Positions 11,715-23,145 of a stretch of DNA of 64,000 nucleotides are shown piece after piece. Location of the stretch: contig JBJHCF010000004.1 in NCBI GenBank assembly GCA_050506795.1, positions 1 to 64,000 on the forward strand. Reading direction: 5' to 3'. Under the pieces are notes generated by a model. That model was not told the origin of the DNA. It was given only the letters and a program-made list of their open reading frames with translations, and ran no database searches. The position numbers and the translations under genes were made by a program. The number at the start of each line of letters is the position of its first letter. The stretch's first letter is position 1. The stretch is from Opitutia bacterium. GTDB lineage: Bacteria; Verrucomicrobiota; Verrucomicrobiia; Opitutales; T3Sed10-336.

Positions 11715-11955
11715 GCCGCCGGGCCAGGGATCGGGCAGTCCGCTCCCGAATGGGTGAAAATCGGCGATTAACGTGTTATATATCTTTGTTTGAAAGACTT
11801 ATGTGTTCTGCTCGGTTTGAGCTCCTATTTTTATGGAAATTCCTTCGGATAGTGATTTGACCCTGGACGGGTTTCGTTCTGATGTCAGGTGGGTCGCTGA
11901 GACCAGGCGCGCCGACAATGTGGCGGGAACGTAGGCCCGGCGGAATGAGTCTTAG

Positions 11956-14529
11956 GTGAACGACTGTTTAAAGTTTATGAATTTTGGTTTGATGGATCGA
12001 GTTTCAGGCGGATTTTTCCGGTACGGCGTGATGTCGGCCACCCGATGGCACGCCATTGTGGCGGGTTTTGTCTTGTTGACGAATCCGCTTGTTTCCGAGT
12101 TGCGTCTGACTCCCGTTTCGATCGAGGCGTTTCTGGCCTCTCCTGAAGCGGAATCCGTACTGGAATTCGAGTTGGAGGGAAGTTCGCCTCCTCAATCCTT
12201 GCAGTATCGGATTCGGGAGTACGATGGTTCCGAACGGTACCGTTCATCGGTGGCCGTTGAGGATGGCAGGATAAGCGTCACTTTGGATCCGAGGCCGGGG
12301 TATCGTGAGGTTTATTTTCCGCTGACCGATCAGATTTTTGGAGTTGGGGAAGCTGCCGGTGTATCTGGGGCCCGAGATCCGTTTTTCGGTATTGACGCCG
12401 GGCTTTCCTGGCTGGCCGAGGAAGACATCCGCGAGGCGTTGATCGCCAATCTCGCCCGGGGTGGGATCGGCATGGCTCGGGAGCGCGTTGACTGGCGGGC
12501 GCTAAACCCGCGTCGTGGCAATTGGAACTGGCATGCCCGAGAAACGTGGTTTCATCCTTACCCCGGAGGTTATGAGCGCGCCCGTATCACTTATGGGCAG
12601 CACGATATCAAGGTGGTGGATCCGATATTTCACGTTCCGGAATGGATGCGCCGAAGTCAAAACGCTTTTGCTTTTCCCACCGATCTCGGAGCGATGGCTG
12701 AGGGCATGAGGACCATAGGCTCGCAGTGGTCGTCCTACCACGGCGGCATCGAGGCATGGAATCGGCCGGACCTGGACTTTGGGCGTTACCTGCCTGCCGA
12801 TCAGTATGTGCCTTTGGTGAAAGCCGCTCGGGTCGGCTTCGAACAGGGCGGCATCAACACTCCTCTCGGAGGAGGCGGATTCGCCGCTCTCAATCGTCCC
12901 TACCTGGACCTGGCTGCCCGCAACGGTTTGCTGGATCACGTCGATTACGTCAGTTTTCGTTTTTCAGGCGACCCCGTTTGGATGGAAGATCTGGTGGCCT
13001 CCGTTCGCTCCTGGCTGGAGGATTTCGGATACGATGCGATGCCGGTGTGGATCACAGAAAGCGGCGCTTCGATGGCCGGACTGGAGGGGCGCCCTGAGGG
13101 GCAGATAGAGCGCGTTCGGGCGATGCGGTACGTGATGAACGCCGTCGAAGCCAAGGCCACCGGCGTCAAGCGGCATTTCCCCTCGCTCTATTCACAGCCC
13201 GGAGTTTCGACGCCACACACATCGATGACCGACGAGTTCGGAGTGCCTCTGCGTTCGCTCATTGCCTATTTTCATGCCGTGCAGGCGCTTTCGCACCGGA
13301 CCTACGCCGGCGATCTGGACCTGTCCCCGGGAACGCTAAAACGGGTGCGGGCGTTCGCTCGGGAAGGTCAGGATACGGTGATCGTCCTCTACAACGGACA
13401 CCCTGCCTGGACGCAGTCGATCCGGATGCCTTTTCAGGTGACGCGAGCACGGGGAATTGACGGAAGGGAACTCCGTGTGACTGAGGGGCGCTCGGTGACC
13501 ATTTCCGATGGCCTGATCTACGTGTGGGCCTCGGCTGCCGACGTCGAGAGTTTTCTGAATAATGACACGCGTGCGGCGGGCCTCTTTAGCCAGGCTTCCG
13601 GTCGGATGCCCGAACGCCCTCCGGTTTCTCAAATCGTGTTGCAGCCCACCCCCGGTTTCGGCGAGAATGCCTTCGCCAGTCAGGTTGGTTATTTTGTCGC
13701 CGCCGGTGCTAACCGGTTTCTGCTGCCGGTGCGTATTCATAATCTGGGGGAGAATCCGGTTGAGCTCGAACTGGAGGCACGGGAAGCTTCGCGACCGGGC
13801 GATGTTGTTTCGTTGGGACGGAACCGGGTGATGGTGCCGGCCAATAGTCACCGTGATCTGTCGTTTGATTTTTCCGTCTCCCGTTTGCGTCCCAGAGAAG
13901 GAACCGCCGTGGTCGAAGTTGTCGAATTGGCGGATCGGCCAACGGTCAGTCCGTTGGCGGTCAATATCCTGACCCAAGGTGCGCTGGAGGAGGTCGCTGG
14001 AAGGTATGAGGAATCCCAACGACTGGTTTTGCGCGATATGGAACGCCGGGCGGTCCTCTCCACCACGGAAGGTGTGGATGGCGCAACTCTCCTGGTCACC
14101 CGTGACGGCTATTTGCGGATATCGGCTGGTTTCAGCGAGGCGGGTACTTCGGCTCTCAGTCTCGATCTACCGATGCCGCGGAACGTGACTTGGAACGGCG
14201 TTGAAGCTGTCGCCCTTCGGATCCGTTTCGAACGTCCGGGATTGGCGCGGCTGGGCATTCGCACCGAGTACGGCACCGTCCATTCGGCGGTCAACCGAAT
14301 GATCAAGCGCGACGGTGAGTGGGGGGTGTTTGTTTTTCCCCTCGATACCGACCACTTTCAGGATCTGCACGGCATGACCGGTCGACAGGCCGATTTGATG
14401 CGTAACGGTTTGCAGCCACTGGAACGTATTTCCCTTGAGTTCATCCATCTGGATGAAGACCGTTCGGGCAATGTGGTTGAGATCGGCGACATGTTGTTGC
14501 TCGGCGGCAGGCGGTCTTCCGTGAATTGA
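11956..14529 (+). CDS. Large secreted clan GH-A-like (GH39/GH5-like) glycoside hydrolase homolog with altered catalytic site; start uncertain
   Basis: DPFFGI, R.RVDW..L.P..G.W.W, EAWNRPD (usually WNEP), PVWITESG. Confidence 0.7.
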   Translation: MNDCLKFMNFGLMDRVSGGFFRYGVMSATRWHAIVAGFVLLTNPLVSELRLTPVSIEAFLASPEAESVLEFELEGSSPPQSLQYRIREYDGSERYRSSVAVEDGRISVTLDPRPGYREVYFPLTDQIFGVGEAAGVSGARDPFFGIDAGLSWLAEEDIREALIANLARGGIGMARERVDWRALNPRRGNWNWHARETWFHPYPGGYERARITYGQHDIKVVDPIFHVPEWMRRSQNAFAFPTDLGAMAEGMRTIGSQWSSYHGGIEAWNRPDLDFGRYLPADQYVPLVKAARVGFEQGGINTPLGGGGFAALNRPYLDLAARNGLLDHVDYVSFRFSGDPVWMEDLVASVRSWLEDFGYDAMPVWITESGASMAGLEGRPEGQIERVRAMRYVMNAVEAKATGVKRHFPSLYSQPGVSTPHTSMTDEFGVPLRSLIAYFHAVQALSHRTYAGDLDLSPGTLKRVRAFAREGQDTVIVLYNGHPAWTQSIRMPFQVTRARGIDGRELRVTEGRSVTISDGLIYVWASAADVESFLNNDTRAAGLFSQASGRMPERPPVSQIVLQPTPGFGENAFASQVGYFVAAGANRFLLPVRIHNLGENPVELELEAREASRPGDVVSLGRNRVMVPANSHRDLSFDFSVSRLRPREGTAVVEVVELADRPTVSPLAVNILTQGALEEVAGRYEESQRLVLRDMERRAVLSTTEGVDGATLLVTRDGYLRISAGFSEAGTSALSLDLPMPRNVTWNGVEAVALRIRFERPGLARLGIRTEYGTVHSAVNRMIKRDGEWGVFVFPLDTDHFQDLHGMTGRQADLMRNGLQPLERISLEFIHLDEDRSGNVVEIGDMLLLGGRRSSVN

Positions 14530-14551
14530 CCCAATCGATTCGGGAGCGGGC

Positions 14552-17500
14552 TCAGATCCGCCTGTTTTCCATGACGAGGTCCACGATTTCGTACGGTTCG
14601 AAGGCGATTTCCTGCACGGGGTCGTTGCCCTTTTGGCCGTTGGTCGGATCATAAGCATGGGCCGTCCAATCGCTGTTGAGCCGCAGTTGGGCGCTTCCGC
14701 GACGCCCCAGGGTTTCGTGGAGTCTCAGCACCCATCGACCCTGCCCCAGCGGTTCAGCCCAGCAGGGTTGGAGGGATTCTCCGCCGTGCAGGACCGGTGC
14801 CCCGCAGCTTCGTGCCGGTCCTCGGTACCGGATGAAAGGAGCGAAAAGAATTTCCGCCTGGGCCGAAGGATGGCTCTCACGTCGACCATGAGAGTCGTAA
14901 AACCCCGCCGCCAACCGTATGAGATGGCGGCCCTGGTCCGAGAATCGCTCGGCTGGGGGATTGCGCCGCAGCGAGGGGGGGATCACCCGTGCGTAGTGAC
15001 GGTCCTCGCCGGTAACGGCGGCCGCGCGCAGCAGACTGACACCAAGCGTCCCTTCCCGACAAGAGAACCCGTATTTGGCTTCGGTCGCGATCCAAAAGCC
15101 CGCGCCTTCACCTTCATCAGCGACGGCCGCCCACCGGCTGCCGGGAACCTCCCATTGGGCTTCGTCCGCGGGGGATCCCGGCAACTGGGGACGGGTGATG
15201 CTGCCGTACGGCTGTCCGTATCGAGCCAGGGGCGCGGCGTAAGAAGTCGGGAAAACCGCTTTCAGCAGCGTGCGCTCCTCATGCCAGTCGATGTCGTACT
15301 CGATGCGCAACGCCTCGCTTCCGGCTTCGAGCCGGTAACGCACGGTGACCCGGCTGGCCTTCCCGAGTGGGCCGCTCCAGGCGAGGGTTGATCGGAGGGC
15401 GTGTTGCTGAACTGGCTCGGGCTTGAGAGCACCGTTTGCGGCCTGTCCGAGGCTGAGCGTCCAGCGGTCGATGTCCCAGGCTTCGTGGCCTCGAGGATGG
15501 TCGGAGAAGAGATGCAATTCGGCGGAGGGCCGGGCGAACGCTACCTTGGCGCCCTTTACGGTCAGTCCGGTCAACCGGCCGTGGGGATCGAAATCCGCCC
15601 TTAGAATCCCGTTATCCAAAAACCTTTTTCCCGCCCGAACCGGATGGTCGAACGGAGGGGCGGCACATTCATCCAACGGCGCACCGGTCAGAGCCGGCAG
15701 AAAATAGATGGCGGGGTCCTCTTTCTGCGGGACGTTCGTGACCAGCCGCCTCGGGTACGGAAGTGGATTGAAAAGAGCCGGTTTTCCCCTCGAAGCCGAC
15801 AACTCGCGTGCCGCCTGGTCGTTGGCGTGCTCGGCCAGAGCCTCCAACTCGCGACCGGCGGCCTGGCAAACCTCGTGGATGGAACTTCCCGGCAGGCAGT
15901 CATGGAATTGGGTGAAAACCAGTCGTCTCCAAATCGATGAATCGATTTTTTGACCCGATCCCGCGCAGCGGACCGATTCCCAGGTTTGAAGTGCTTTCTC
16001 CGCACTGCGGTAGGCGGCTTTGAGACGACTGTGGGTTGTGTGGACTCCCATGTGGTACTCCAGGAAGAGCTCTCCCTGATAGCACGGAAGCGCCGAACGC
16101 TTTTCAGCCAGCCGATCGAAATAGGCCTCCGAGGTGCTCCATTCCACGGCGGGAAGAAAGCCCAGGCCGGAGACCCGACGAACCCGTTCACACATTTCCT
16201 CCGTCGGACCGCCGCCGCCGTCACCATAGCCGGTCGGCAGCAGGAACTCGTCGTGCACGTCCGATTGCCGGTAGGCGAGCTGACCTTCCTGGATTTCCTT
16301 CACCGAGGCGGCGCCGTTGTACCCGCTGGGGGTTTGCATCACATGGGCCAGGACTTCGGACCCGTCATTTCCTCTCCAGATGAAGCTGCTGTGGGGGAAT
16401 CTGCTGATTGAACTCCAGGTGAGTTTGGTGGTGAAAAAATAGTCCACTCCGGTCCGGAGCATGAGTTGCGGCAGGCAGGCGGAATAGCCGAAAACATCCG
16501 GCAGCCAGAGCAGGCGGGACGGGGTTCCCCTCAGGTCGAGGAATCCCTCCTGACCGAGGCGGAGCGACCGGTACAGTGCTTCCCCGCAAGGTAGAAGCGT
16601 GTCCGATTCCACCTCCATGGCGCCGGTGGCTTCCCATCGACCGTCGCGGATATGGCGGCGAACCTGCGCCATTAGTTGCCCGCTTCGCCGCTCCACGGCA
16701 CGGTAACTGGCCGGCTGGCTGTAACCGAATCGAAATTCCGGATACTGATCCAGCAGACGGTTGACCGTGGCGAATGTGTGAACCGCCTTGGCTGTTCCGA
16801 CCCGTTCCGGCCAAAGCCAAACAAGGTCGATGTGGGCGTGGCCGGTCATGGCGGCGCGCATGGCGGGAGCCGAGGAAAGCTCGCGGTAGATCCCTTTGAG
16901 GCGCCGGTGTAGGGCCTGGAGTCCGCCGGTGTCAAAGGCGTCGGCCGCCTGGTCCAGACTTCGAAGCAGTCGGCGCAGCAGCACGGTGGCCTCCTCGATG
17001 GGCGGTTGGTAGCCCACGCCGGACCGTTCCGGCTCCGGGATGTGGGGGTTACGTTTGCGCTCGAAGGTCAGCAGGTCCAGGAGAACCCTGAAATCGTGAT
17101 AGGTTTCCCAGGCGGTCGCATCGCGGGAAACGAGCCAGGCTCCGCCGAACTCACTGCCCCGCGGGTCCAGCCCGGTGGCGTCGGGATGCCAGATCGCGGA
17201 CTGCAGGCAGATTGCTTCGATCCAGATCTCCCGGACACCGGGCGGAAGGGGACAACGACGATGGGCCACGTCGAAACCGAACCAGGGAAGGCCATTGACG
17301 TATGCCGTGGCTTCGGCCTGATCGCGCCATTCGAGGAAGGGATAGTGTTCACTTTCGGCCGGGATCGAAACCCGAAACCAGGACTGGTCGAAGAGTTTTC
17401 CCCAGTAATGAGGATACCGGCCGATTCCGCGCATTGGACGGCTGTGGACCGCGTCAAGTGAGACGAAGTTGGGTGACGGGCGGGTCTGTTCGCACGTTAA

Positions 17501-17596
17501 GCGGGGCCCTCGAGTCCAGATCAGACTGCGCAGACGTTCGTCCAGCGCATCGAGCCTTCCGGGGACCAGTTGCAGAAATGGATTTTCGGGATGCAT
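14552..17596 (-). CDS. Alpha-mannosidase, GH38
   Basis: GHAHIDLVWLW, WLPDVFGYS nucleophile motif, GYGDGGGGPT, QFHDCLPGSSI. Confidence 0.93.
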   Translation of the reverse strand: MHPENPFLQLVPGRLDALDERLRSLIWTRGPRLTCEQTRPSPNFVSLDAVHSRPMRGIGRYPHYWGKLFDQSWFRVSIPAESEHYPFLEWRDQAEATAYVNGLPWFGFDVAHRRCPLPPGVREIWIEAICLQSAIWHPDATGLDPRGSEFGGAWLVSRDATAWETYHDFRVLLDLLTFERKRNPHIPEPERSGVGYQPPIEEATVLLRRLLRSLDQAADAFDTGGLQALHRRLKGIYRELSSAPAMRAAMTGHAHIDLVWLWPERVGTAKAVHTFATVNRLLDQYPEFRFGYSQPASYRAVERRSGQLMAQVRRHIRDGRWEATGAMEVESDTLLPCGEALYRSLRLGQEGFLDLRGTPSRLLWLPDVFGYSACLPQLMLRTGVDYFFTTKLTWSSISRFPHSSFIWRGNDGSEVLAHVMQTPSGYNGAASVKEIQEGQLAYRQSDVHDEFLLPTGYGDGGGGPTEEMCERVRRVSGLGFLPAVEWSTSEAYFDRLAEKRSALPCYQGELFLEYHMGVHTTHSRLKAAYRSAEKALQTWESVRCAGSGQKIDSSIWRRLVFTQFHDCLPGSSIHEVCQAAGRELEALAEHANDQAARELSASRGKPALFNPLPYPRRLVTNVPQKEDPAIYFLPALTGAPLDECAAPPFDHPVRAGKRFLDNGILRADFDPHGRLTGLTVKGAKVAFARPSAELHLFSDHPRGHEAWDIDRWTLSLGQAANGALKPEPVQQHALRSTLAWSGPLGKASRVTVRYRLEAGSEALRIEYDIDWHEERTLLKAVFPTSYAAPLARYGQPYGSITRPQLPGSPADEAQWEVPGSRWAAVADEGEGAGFWIATEAKYGFSCREGTLGVSLLRAAAVTGEDRHYARVIPPSLRRNPPAERFSDQGRHLIRLAAGFYDSHGRRESHPSAQAEILFAPFIRYRGPARSCGAPVLHGGESLQPCWAEPLGQGRWVLRLHETLGRRGSAQLRLNSDWTAHAYDPTNGQKGNDPVQEIAFEPYEIVDLVMENRRI

Positions 17597-17647
17597 GGGA
17601 GCGGAAAGGTTTTTTCGATCTCAGAATGCCAAACACCCCCCCGGGGA

Positions 17648-19288
17648 TCAGTTGACGTATTTCTGGACGATGGGAATGCGGCGCCCGACGCCGAAGGCCA
17701 GGGGAGTGATCTTCAGTCCGGGAGGGGCCTGTTTGCGTTTGTATTCGTTGAGGTCGACCCGGCGGATGATGTCGCGCACCAGTGCTTCATCGTACCCCAG
17801 GCGAATGAGGTCGCGGCTGGAAAAACCTTCTTCGACGTATTTTTCCAAAATATCGTCCAGGACCGGGTAGGGCGGGAGGGTGTCTTCGTCCTTTTGATCC
17901 GGACGCAGTTCGGCTGATGGCGCTTTGTCGATCACCGACCGCGGGATCATTTCCCCGTGACGATTCATGTATTCGGCCAGGGCATACACCTTCGTTTTCG
18001 GGAGGTCGGAAATGACCGCCAGGCCGCCGGACATGTCTCCGTACAAGGTGCAGTAACCCACGGCCAATTCACTTTTGTTGCCGCAGGTCAGCACCAGGTG
18101 TCCGAACTTGTTGGAGATCGCCATCCAGAGCAGGCCGCGGGTGCGCGCCTGGATATTTTCCTCCGCCACACCGGGAACGGTGCCCTGGAAAAGGGGCGCC
18201 AGCACCTCTTCGGCGGCATCCACCACCGGTGAAATGGGCAACACTTCCAAGCGGATGCCCAGGTTTTCAGCCAGACTGGCGGCGTCGTCGCGGGAATGCT
18301 GCGAGGAAATGGCGGACGGGTTGCTGATCCCCAGCACGTTGTCTTTGCCCAGGGCGTTGACCGCCAGACAGGCGGTGACGGAGGAATCAATGCCTCCGCT
18401 CAGCCCAATGAGCACCTTGGTGAATCCGCTCTTGGTGACGTAGTCGCGCAGGCCGAGCACCAGGGCGTCGTGGATGTCCTCGATCTCCGAACGTTGATAG
18501 GTCGAGTCATGGGGGGCGGATGATGCCTCCGTATCCAGAAGGGTCACCGACTCGCGAAACGCGGGGCAGGTCTGGATTATTCGGCCATCCTCTCCGGCGA
18601 TCAGGCTGCGGCCGTCGAAAATCAACTCGTCGTTCCCCCCCACGGCATTACAATAAATTGCCGAACAGGAACAGCGCCGGGCGGCTTCCGCGATATAAGA
18701 CTCGCGAAAGGCGGTTTTACCCCGGTGCCACGGGCTGGCGGAAAGGTTTACGAGGAGGTCGATGCCGCGGGTCGCAAGCGCGGCCACCGGATCGTAGGCA
18801 TCGGGGTGCCGGCGGGAAGGAACAGGATTGGCCCAGATGTCTTCACAGATTGTCAATCCGACGTTCAGCCCTCGCCATTGCCACGAACCGGGGGACTGGG
18901 CCGGCTGGAAATAACGGTCTTCGTCGAAGACATCGTAGGTGGGCAGCAGGGATTTTCGCGCGCAGTGCCGGATCTCTCCGTGGTCGCACCAGGCCGCGCT
19001 GTTGAAGAAAGGACGCTCGTTCCTGGCCGGGTTGGTCTCGACGAAACCGACCAGCGCGGGCACCGGACCGGTGGCGGCCGCGATTTCCATCAGGCTTTCC
19101 TCGATATCGGAAACAAAGCGCCGTTTGAACAGCAGGTCTCGCGGCGGGTAACCGCAAACCGCGAGTTCAGGAAAAACGATCAGCTCGGCGCCGGCGTCGA
19201 CCAGTTGACGATAGGCGTCGAGAATCTTGACGCGATTTCCCTCGAGGTCGCCCACGATGGTGTTGATTTGTCCAAAGCCAATGCGCAT
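17648..19288 (-). CDS. nadE: Glutamine-dependent NAD+ synthetase
   Basis: Nitrilase domain (FPEL, K, ICEDIW) plus [25 protein letters not shown]. Confidence 0.96.
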   Translation of the reverse strand: MRIGFGQINTIVGDLEGNRVKILDAYRQLVDAGAELIVFPELAVCGYPPRDLLFKRRFVSDIEESLMEIAAATGPVPALVGFVETNPARNERPFFNSAAWCDHGEIRHCARKSLLPTYDVFDEDRYFQPAQSPGSWQWRGLNVGLTICEDIWANPVPSRRHPDAYDPVAALATRGIDLLVNLSASPWHRGKTAFRESYIAEAARRCSCSAIYCNAVGGNDELIFDGRSLIAGEDGRIIQTCPAFRESVTLLDTEASSAPHDSTYQRSEIEDIHDALVLGLRDYVTKSGFTKVLIGLSGGIDSSVTACLAVNALGKDNVLGISNPSAISSQHSRDDAASLAENLGIRLEVLPISPVVDAAEEVLAPLFQGTVPGVAEENIQARTRGLLWMAISNKFGHLVLTCGNKSELAVGYCTLYGDMSGGLAVISDLPKTKVYALAEYMNRHGEMIPRSVIDKAPSAELRPDQKDEDTLPPYPVLDDILEKYVEEGFSSRDLIRLGYDEALVRDIIRRVDLNEYKRKQAPPGLKITPLAFGVGRRIPIVQKYVN

Positions 19289-19305
19289 GAAGTGTCGGGT
19301 TGCGG

Positions 19306-19974
19306 TCAGGGGTTCCTTCCAAGGAACGTGTCGACGACCGTTTTTTTATCGGCGGCTTTGAAGAAGGCGGTGCCGGCGACCAGGGTGTCCGCGCCGCTTT
19401 CCCGGCAGCGCGCCGCGGTTTCCAGGTTCACCCCGCCGTCCACTTCAATGCGGAAAGCCAGTCCGCGTTCTTTCCGCTCGGCCGCCAGCCATTTCAGTTT
19501 TGGGAGCACATCTTCACGGAACTCCTGACCGCCGAATCCCGGCTGGACGGTCATAGCGAGCACCAGGTCGACGTTGTCGAGGTGCGGCAGCACATCGTCC
19601 ACCGGGGTATCGGGGTTGAGCACCAGGCCGTTGTGGCAACCCAGGCGACGAATTTCGCGCAGGGTGGCGGAAACGTCGTAATCGGGTTCGATATGGACGC
19701 TGATCAGGTTGGCTCCCGCGCGGGCGAAGGCTTCCACAAATTTATCCGGATTGTCCAGCATCAGGTGCACGTCGAAAAACAGCTTGGACCGGTTTCGCAG
19801 GGCCGCAACGATGCCCGGGCCAAAGGTCAGGTTGGGCACAAAATGACCGTCCATGATGTCGATGTGCGCCCACTCCAGGCCGTATTCCTCGATTTGCCGA
19901 ATTCCTTCGGCGAGGTTTGCGTGATCCGACGCCAGGAGGGAAGGCGCCAATAGCGTTTCAGGCACTGCGGTCAT
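19306..19974 (-). CDS. rpe: Ribulose-phosphate 3-epimerase
   Basis: [37 protein letters not shown]. Confidence 0.97.
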   Translation of the reverse strand: MTAVPETLLAPSLLASDHANLAEGIRQIEEYGLEWAHIDIMDGHFVPNLTFGPGIVAALRNRSKLFFDVHLMLDNPDKFVEAFARAGANLISVHIEPDYDVSATLREIRRLGCHNGLVLNPDTPVDDVLPHLDNVDLVLAMTVQPGFGGQEFREDVLPKLKWLAAERKERGLAFRIEVDGGVNLETAARCRESGADTLVAGTAFFKAADKKTVVDTFLGRNP

Positions 19975-20112
19975 GATTGATTTTGCCGACGATCACAACG
20001 CGGATGCCGTCGCGCGGCAAACCCATAGTAGGGGCGTTTTTCAGTCAAATTGGTGGAATTCGTCGATTTTGGTTGAAATATTACTAAATGATTACATAGA
20101 TAACTTAATCAA

Positions 20113-21543
20113 ATGAAATACGACTACGATATCATCACAATCGGATTGGGTCCCGCCGGGATGGCGGTGTCGGCCATGGGCGCGTCCATGGGCCTCAAGG
20201 TCTGCGGGATTGAAAAGCACCGGATCGGCGGGGAGTGCATGAATGTGGGGTGCATCCCCAGCAAATCGCTGCTGCGTATGGCGAAGAAGCGGAATATTTT
20301 CCGTCACCTGGCCGGGGATGGGGACGGGGATACCGGTGCGACGCAGGTTGCCGCCGAACCGCCGTTCGCCAAGGTCCGGGAATACGTCGACTTCATCGGC
20401 GAAAAGAAGACCCTGGGTATGTTGGACAAGGTGGAACTGGTTGTGGGACAGGGGGCGGCGCGTTTCACGGGCCCGCGAACCGTGCAGGTGGGGGACCGGA
20501 CTATAAGTGCACGGCGAATCTTCCTCTGCGCGGGAACCCGTCCCGCGATTCCGGAGGTGCCCGGCCTGGAGGAGGCGGATCCTTTGACCAATGAAACCAT
20601 GTTCGAACTGAACGAGGTTCCCGAATCGTTGGTGGTGATCGGCGGGGGGGCCATTGCGGTGGAAATGGCGCAGGCGTTTGCCCGCCTGGGAAGTCGTGTG
20701 ACCATGGTCTTTCGCGGTGAGCGCATTATGCGACGCGTGATTGCCACCGAGGCCACCGATGTGCTGGAGAGTCGTCTCGAAAAGGAGGGAATTCAACTGA
20801 TGCGCGGCACTTGGATTCGTCAGGTGCGCAAAACCCCTCAAGGCGCCGAGCTGGATCTGGATAACGGTGAAACGTTGTCGGCTTCCCGTATCCTGGCGGC
20901 CCTCGGTCGCAAGTTCGCCCTCGATGATCTCGGCCTCGAGACTGCGGAAATTGCCTGGAACGAGCGCGGGGTGACGGTTGACAAGTACCTGAGGACCACC
21001 AATAAGGCGGTTTACGCCGTGGGTGATGTCAACGGTTACGCCCAGTTCTCGCACGCCGCCATGCATCAGGGGATGATCGCGCTGATGAACGCCATGATGC
21101 CGGGTCCAATGCGTCGCGATTATCGGCGGTTTGTCGTGCCCTGGACGGTGTTCACCGAGCCGCAGGTTTCGCATGTGGGGCCGACCGAGCAGGAACTGAT
21201 CGACCGGGGAGTGCGGTTTGAAAAGATCACCGTGCGTTATGAAGATTACGGCGCCGCCATCGCCGAGGAAGTGGCGGAGGGGTATGCCACGGTTTACACC
21301 AATGCGCGCGGACGTGTATTTGCCGTGACCATTGTCGGAGAGGGGTCCGGCAACATGATCAACGAGTGGGCGCTTGTCGTGCAGAACCGGATACGGTTGC
21401 ATTCCGTGTTGCTGCTGCAACACAGCTTTCCCACCATGGGGTTTCTCAGCAAGCGCCTGGCGGAAACCTGGATGATGACCCGCATGAAGAATCCGACGCT
21501 GCGTTCAATGGCGACGCGGATGTACCGGCTTTTCGCCCGCTGA
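20113..21543 (+). CDS. Class I pyridine nucleotide-disulfide oxidoreductase (dihydrolipoamide dehydrogenase/MerA-like)
   Basis: IGLGPAG, GGECMNVGCIPSK redox disulfide, GGGAIAVE, YAVGD; no C-terminal Cys pair. Confidence 0.88.
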   Translation: MKYDYDIITIGLGPAGMAVSAMGASMGLKVCGIEKHRIGGECMNVGCIPSKSLLRMAKKRNIFRHLAGDGDGDTGATQVAAEPPFAKVREYVDFIGEKKTLGMLDKVELVVGQGAARFTGPRTVQVGDRTISARRIFLCAGTRPAIPEVPGLEEADPLTNETMFELNEVPESLVVIGGGAIAVEMAQAFARLGSRVTMVFRGERIMRRVIATEATDVLESRLEKEGIQLMRGTWIRQVRKTPQGAELDLDNGETLSASRILAALGRKFALDDLGLETAEIAWNERGVTVDKYLRTTNKAVYAVGDVNGYAQFSHAAMHQGMIALMNAMMPGPMRRDYRRFVVPWTVFTEPQVSHVGPTEQELIDRGVRFEKITVRYEDYGAAIAEEVAEGYATVYTNARGRVFAVTIVGEGSGNMINEWALVVQNRIRLHSVLLLQHSFPTMGFLSKRLAETWMMTRMKNPTLRSMATRMYRLFAR

Positions 21544-21576
21544 GTCATTGAGAAATCGGTGCCGGGGGATATTGCT

Positions 21577-22944
21577 TCAATAGATGAACGGTTCCACCCG
21601 GTAGGGCACGGCCTGCAATCCGAGTTCGCGCGCGCCATCGCGCAGGCGGTTGCGTTGTTCGGCCATCTGGTCCGTTGTCAGCGCTCGTGCCCCGATTGAG
21701 GCCAAGGCTTCCGGGTAGGGCGTTTCCTGGTAGGATATCAGGTCCGAGAGGTAGATTCGGTCGCCTCGCTCGAGGGGAGCCCGGGCCAGAAATTCCAGGG
21801 ATTGCTCCACATGTTCGTCCGCCCATTTGTCCCCTCCGGCTCCCACCAGGAGAATTACATCATTGTGGATTCCCGCTTCATGCAGGAGTTTGAGTGTTGC
21901 CAGCATGTCGTCGGTGGTGGCCGGTTTTTTCAGCCATGCCAGCAGGGCGTCGGAACCGGTTTCCACCCCGAGGTAGGTCCGCCGCAGTCCCAGGCGCCGC
22001 AGTCGATCGTAGTCTTCGGCCGATTTCTTCAAACCGGTGAATCCGTCGAGGAAGGAGCCGATACCAATAAATCTCAGGGGGTGCTCGCTGGCCCAGGATG
22101 CTCGGGGGGAGCTGTCGGGATCGGGAAGTTCTACATAGCGGTTCAACGTACGAAGCAGCGTTTCCAGTCTCGATTGCGGTGTGACCAGCGCGTTGGCTTG
22201 TCCGAGGAAAATATTGTCCATCCGGCACAGTCCGGCTCCATGAAAGGCGAGTACGGCCCGCACGTGCCGGTCGAAGGCCTCTGCGTCGCGCACGCGGAAG
22301 GGCTGGTTGCGGTAGAGGTTGCAGAAGGTGCAGGTGTTGAAACTGCAACCTTCGGTGGCCTGGACCACCAGAGAGGCGTAATGATCGGGAGGCAGAATCG
22401 GGATCGGCTGGTAGATACGTGAGAAGCGCTTGACCTCTTCTTCCAGGCGTTCCGGGGTCCAGTCCACGACTTTTTGTATCATCTCACGGACGGTGTCCAC
22501 GGAGTCATCGCAGTCGGGATGGCGCCGTTTGATGGCCGCCTGCACCTGTACCGCGGTGGAGAACGCGCACGCCGTGGTCCACGCCCGGCGGCAGAACTGT
22601 TCCAGTTCCTCGGGGTTGAGGCGGGAGCGAATGAGGCCTCGCGATCCTTTGCGGCTGATCGACCCCTGGTGCGAACAGCCGCGAAAGCGGTATTCGGATC
22701 GGGTTTCTTCCCGCAACACCCGGCCTTCCAGATCGAAGAGATACTTTACGTCGTCCTCTGTGTGCAACTCGATGGCGTCGCGGCGCAGGGCCGCGGCCAA
22801 CCGTTTTCCGTTCTCGTCCAGCACCTGCACCACGGCCAGGTATCCGGGACATTCGTACAAAGTTCGCGCTTCCTGGTATTTTAGAGGCCGCTCGTCCGTG
22901 GCCGTATGACTGGCGGGTTCCGCCTTGGAATCAGTATTCGTCAC
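21577..22944 (-). CDS. Radical SAM protein
   Basis: QATEGCSFNTCTFCNLY cluster motif, YLGVETGSD. Confidence 0.85.
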   Translation of the reverse strand: MTNTDSKAEPASHTATDERPLKYQEARTLYECPGYLAVVQVLDENGKRLAAALRRDAIELHTEDDVKYLFDLEGRVLREETRSEYRFRGCSHQGSISRKGSRGLIRSRLNPEELEQFCRRAWTTACAFSTAVQVQAAIKRRHPDCDDSVDTVREMIQKVVDWTPERLEEEVKRFSRIYQPIPILPPDHYASLVVQATEGCSFNTCTFCNLYRNQPFRVRDAEAFDRHVRAVLAFHGAGLCRMDNIFLGQANALVTPQSRLETLLRTLNRYVELPDPDSSPRASWASEHPLRFIGIGSFLDGFTGLKKSAEDYDRLRRLGLRRTYLGVETGSDALLAWLKKPATTDDMLATLKLLHEAGIHNDVILLVGAGGDKWADEHVEQSLEFLARAPLERGDRIYLSDLISYQETPYPEALASIGARALTTDQMAEQRNRLRDGARELGLQAVPYRVEPFIY

Positions 22945-23145
22945 CGGGAAACCCTATCCGGAATCCAGCGGAAGCATCCCTCCACTTTTTGGCAAGAATT
23001 GCGCGGGGATTGTCTTCCGCGTTCGGCGGCGGCAGGGTTGACCCGCGCGGGAGTCTCATGCAGCATGCGGTGACATCGCCGATTGCCGCCAAGGAGGATC
23101 CAGGGCCTCGGAATTGCGACTTTATATCAGTATATGAGCTTCAAT

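Noticed and set aside
11715..11955. Possible riboswitch upstream of the GH-A-like gene
   Set aside because: Some pairing potential, but no recognisable aptamer consensus.
20092..21423. 443-aa minus-strand ORF
   Set aside because: Antisense shadow of the flavoprotein disulfide reductase.
20113..21543. Mercuric reductase (merA) call
   Set aside because: No N-terminal metal-binding domain, no C-terminal Cys-Cys and no mer operon context.
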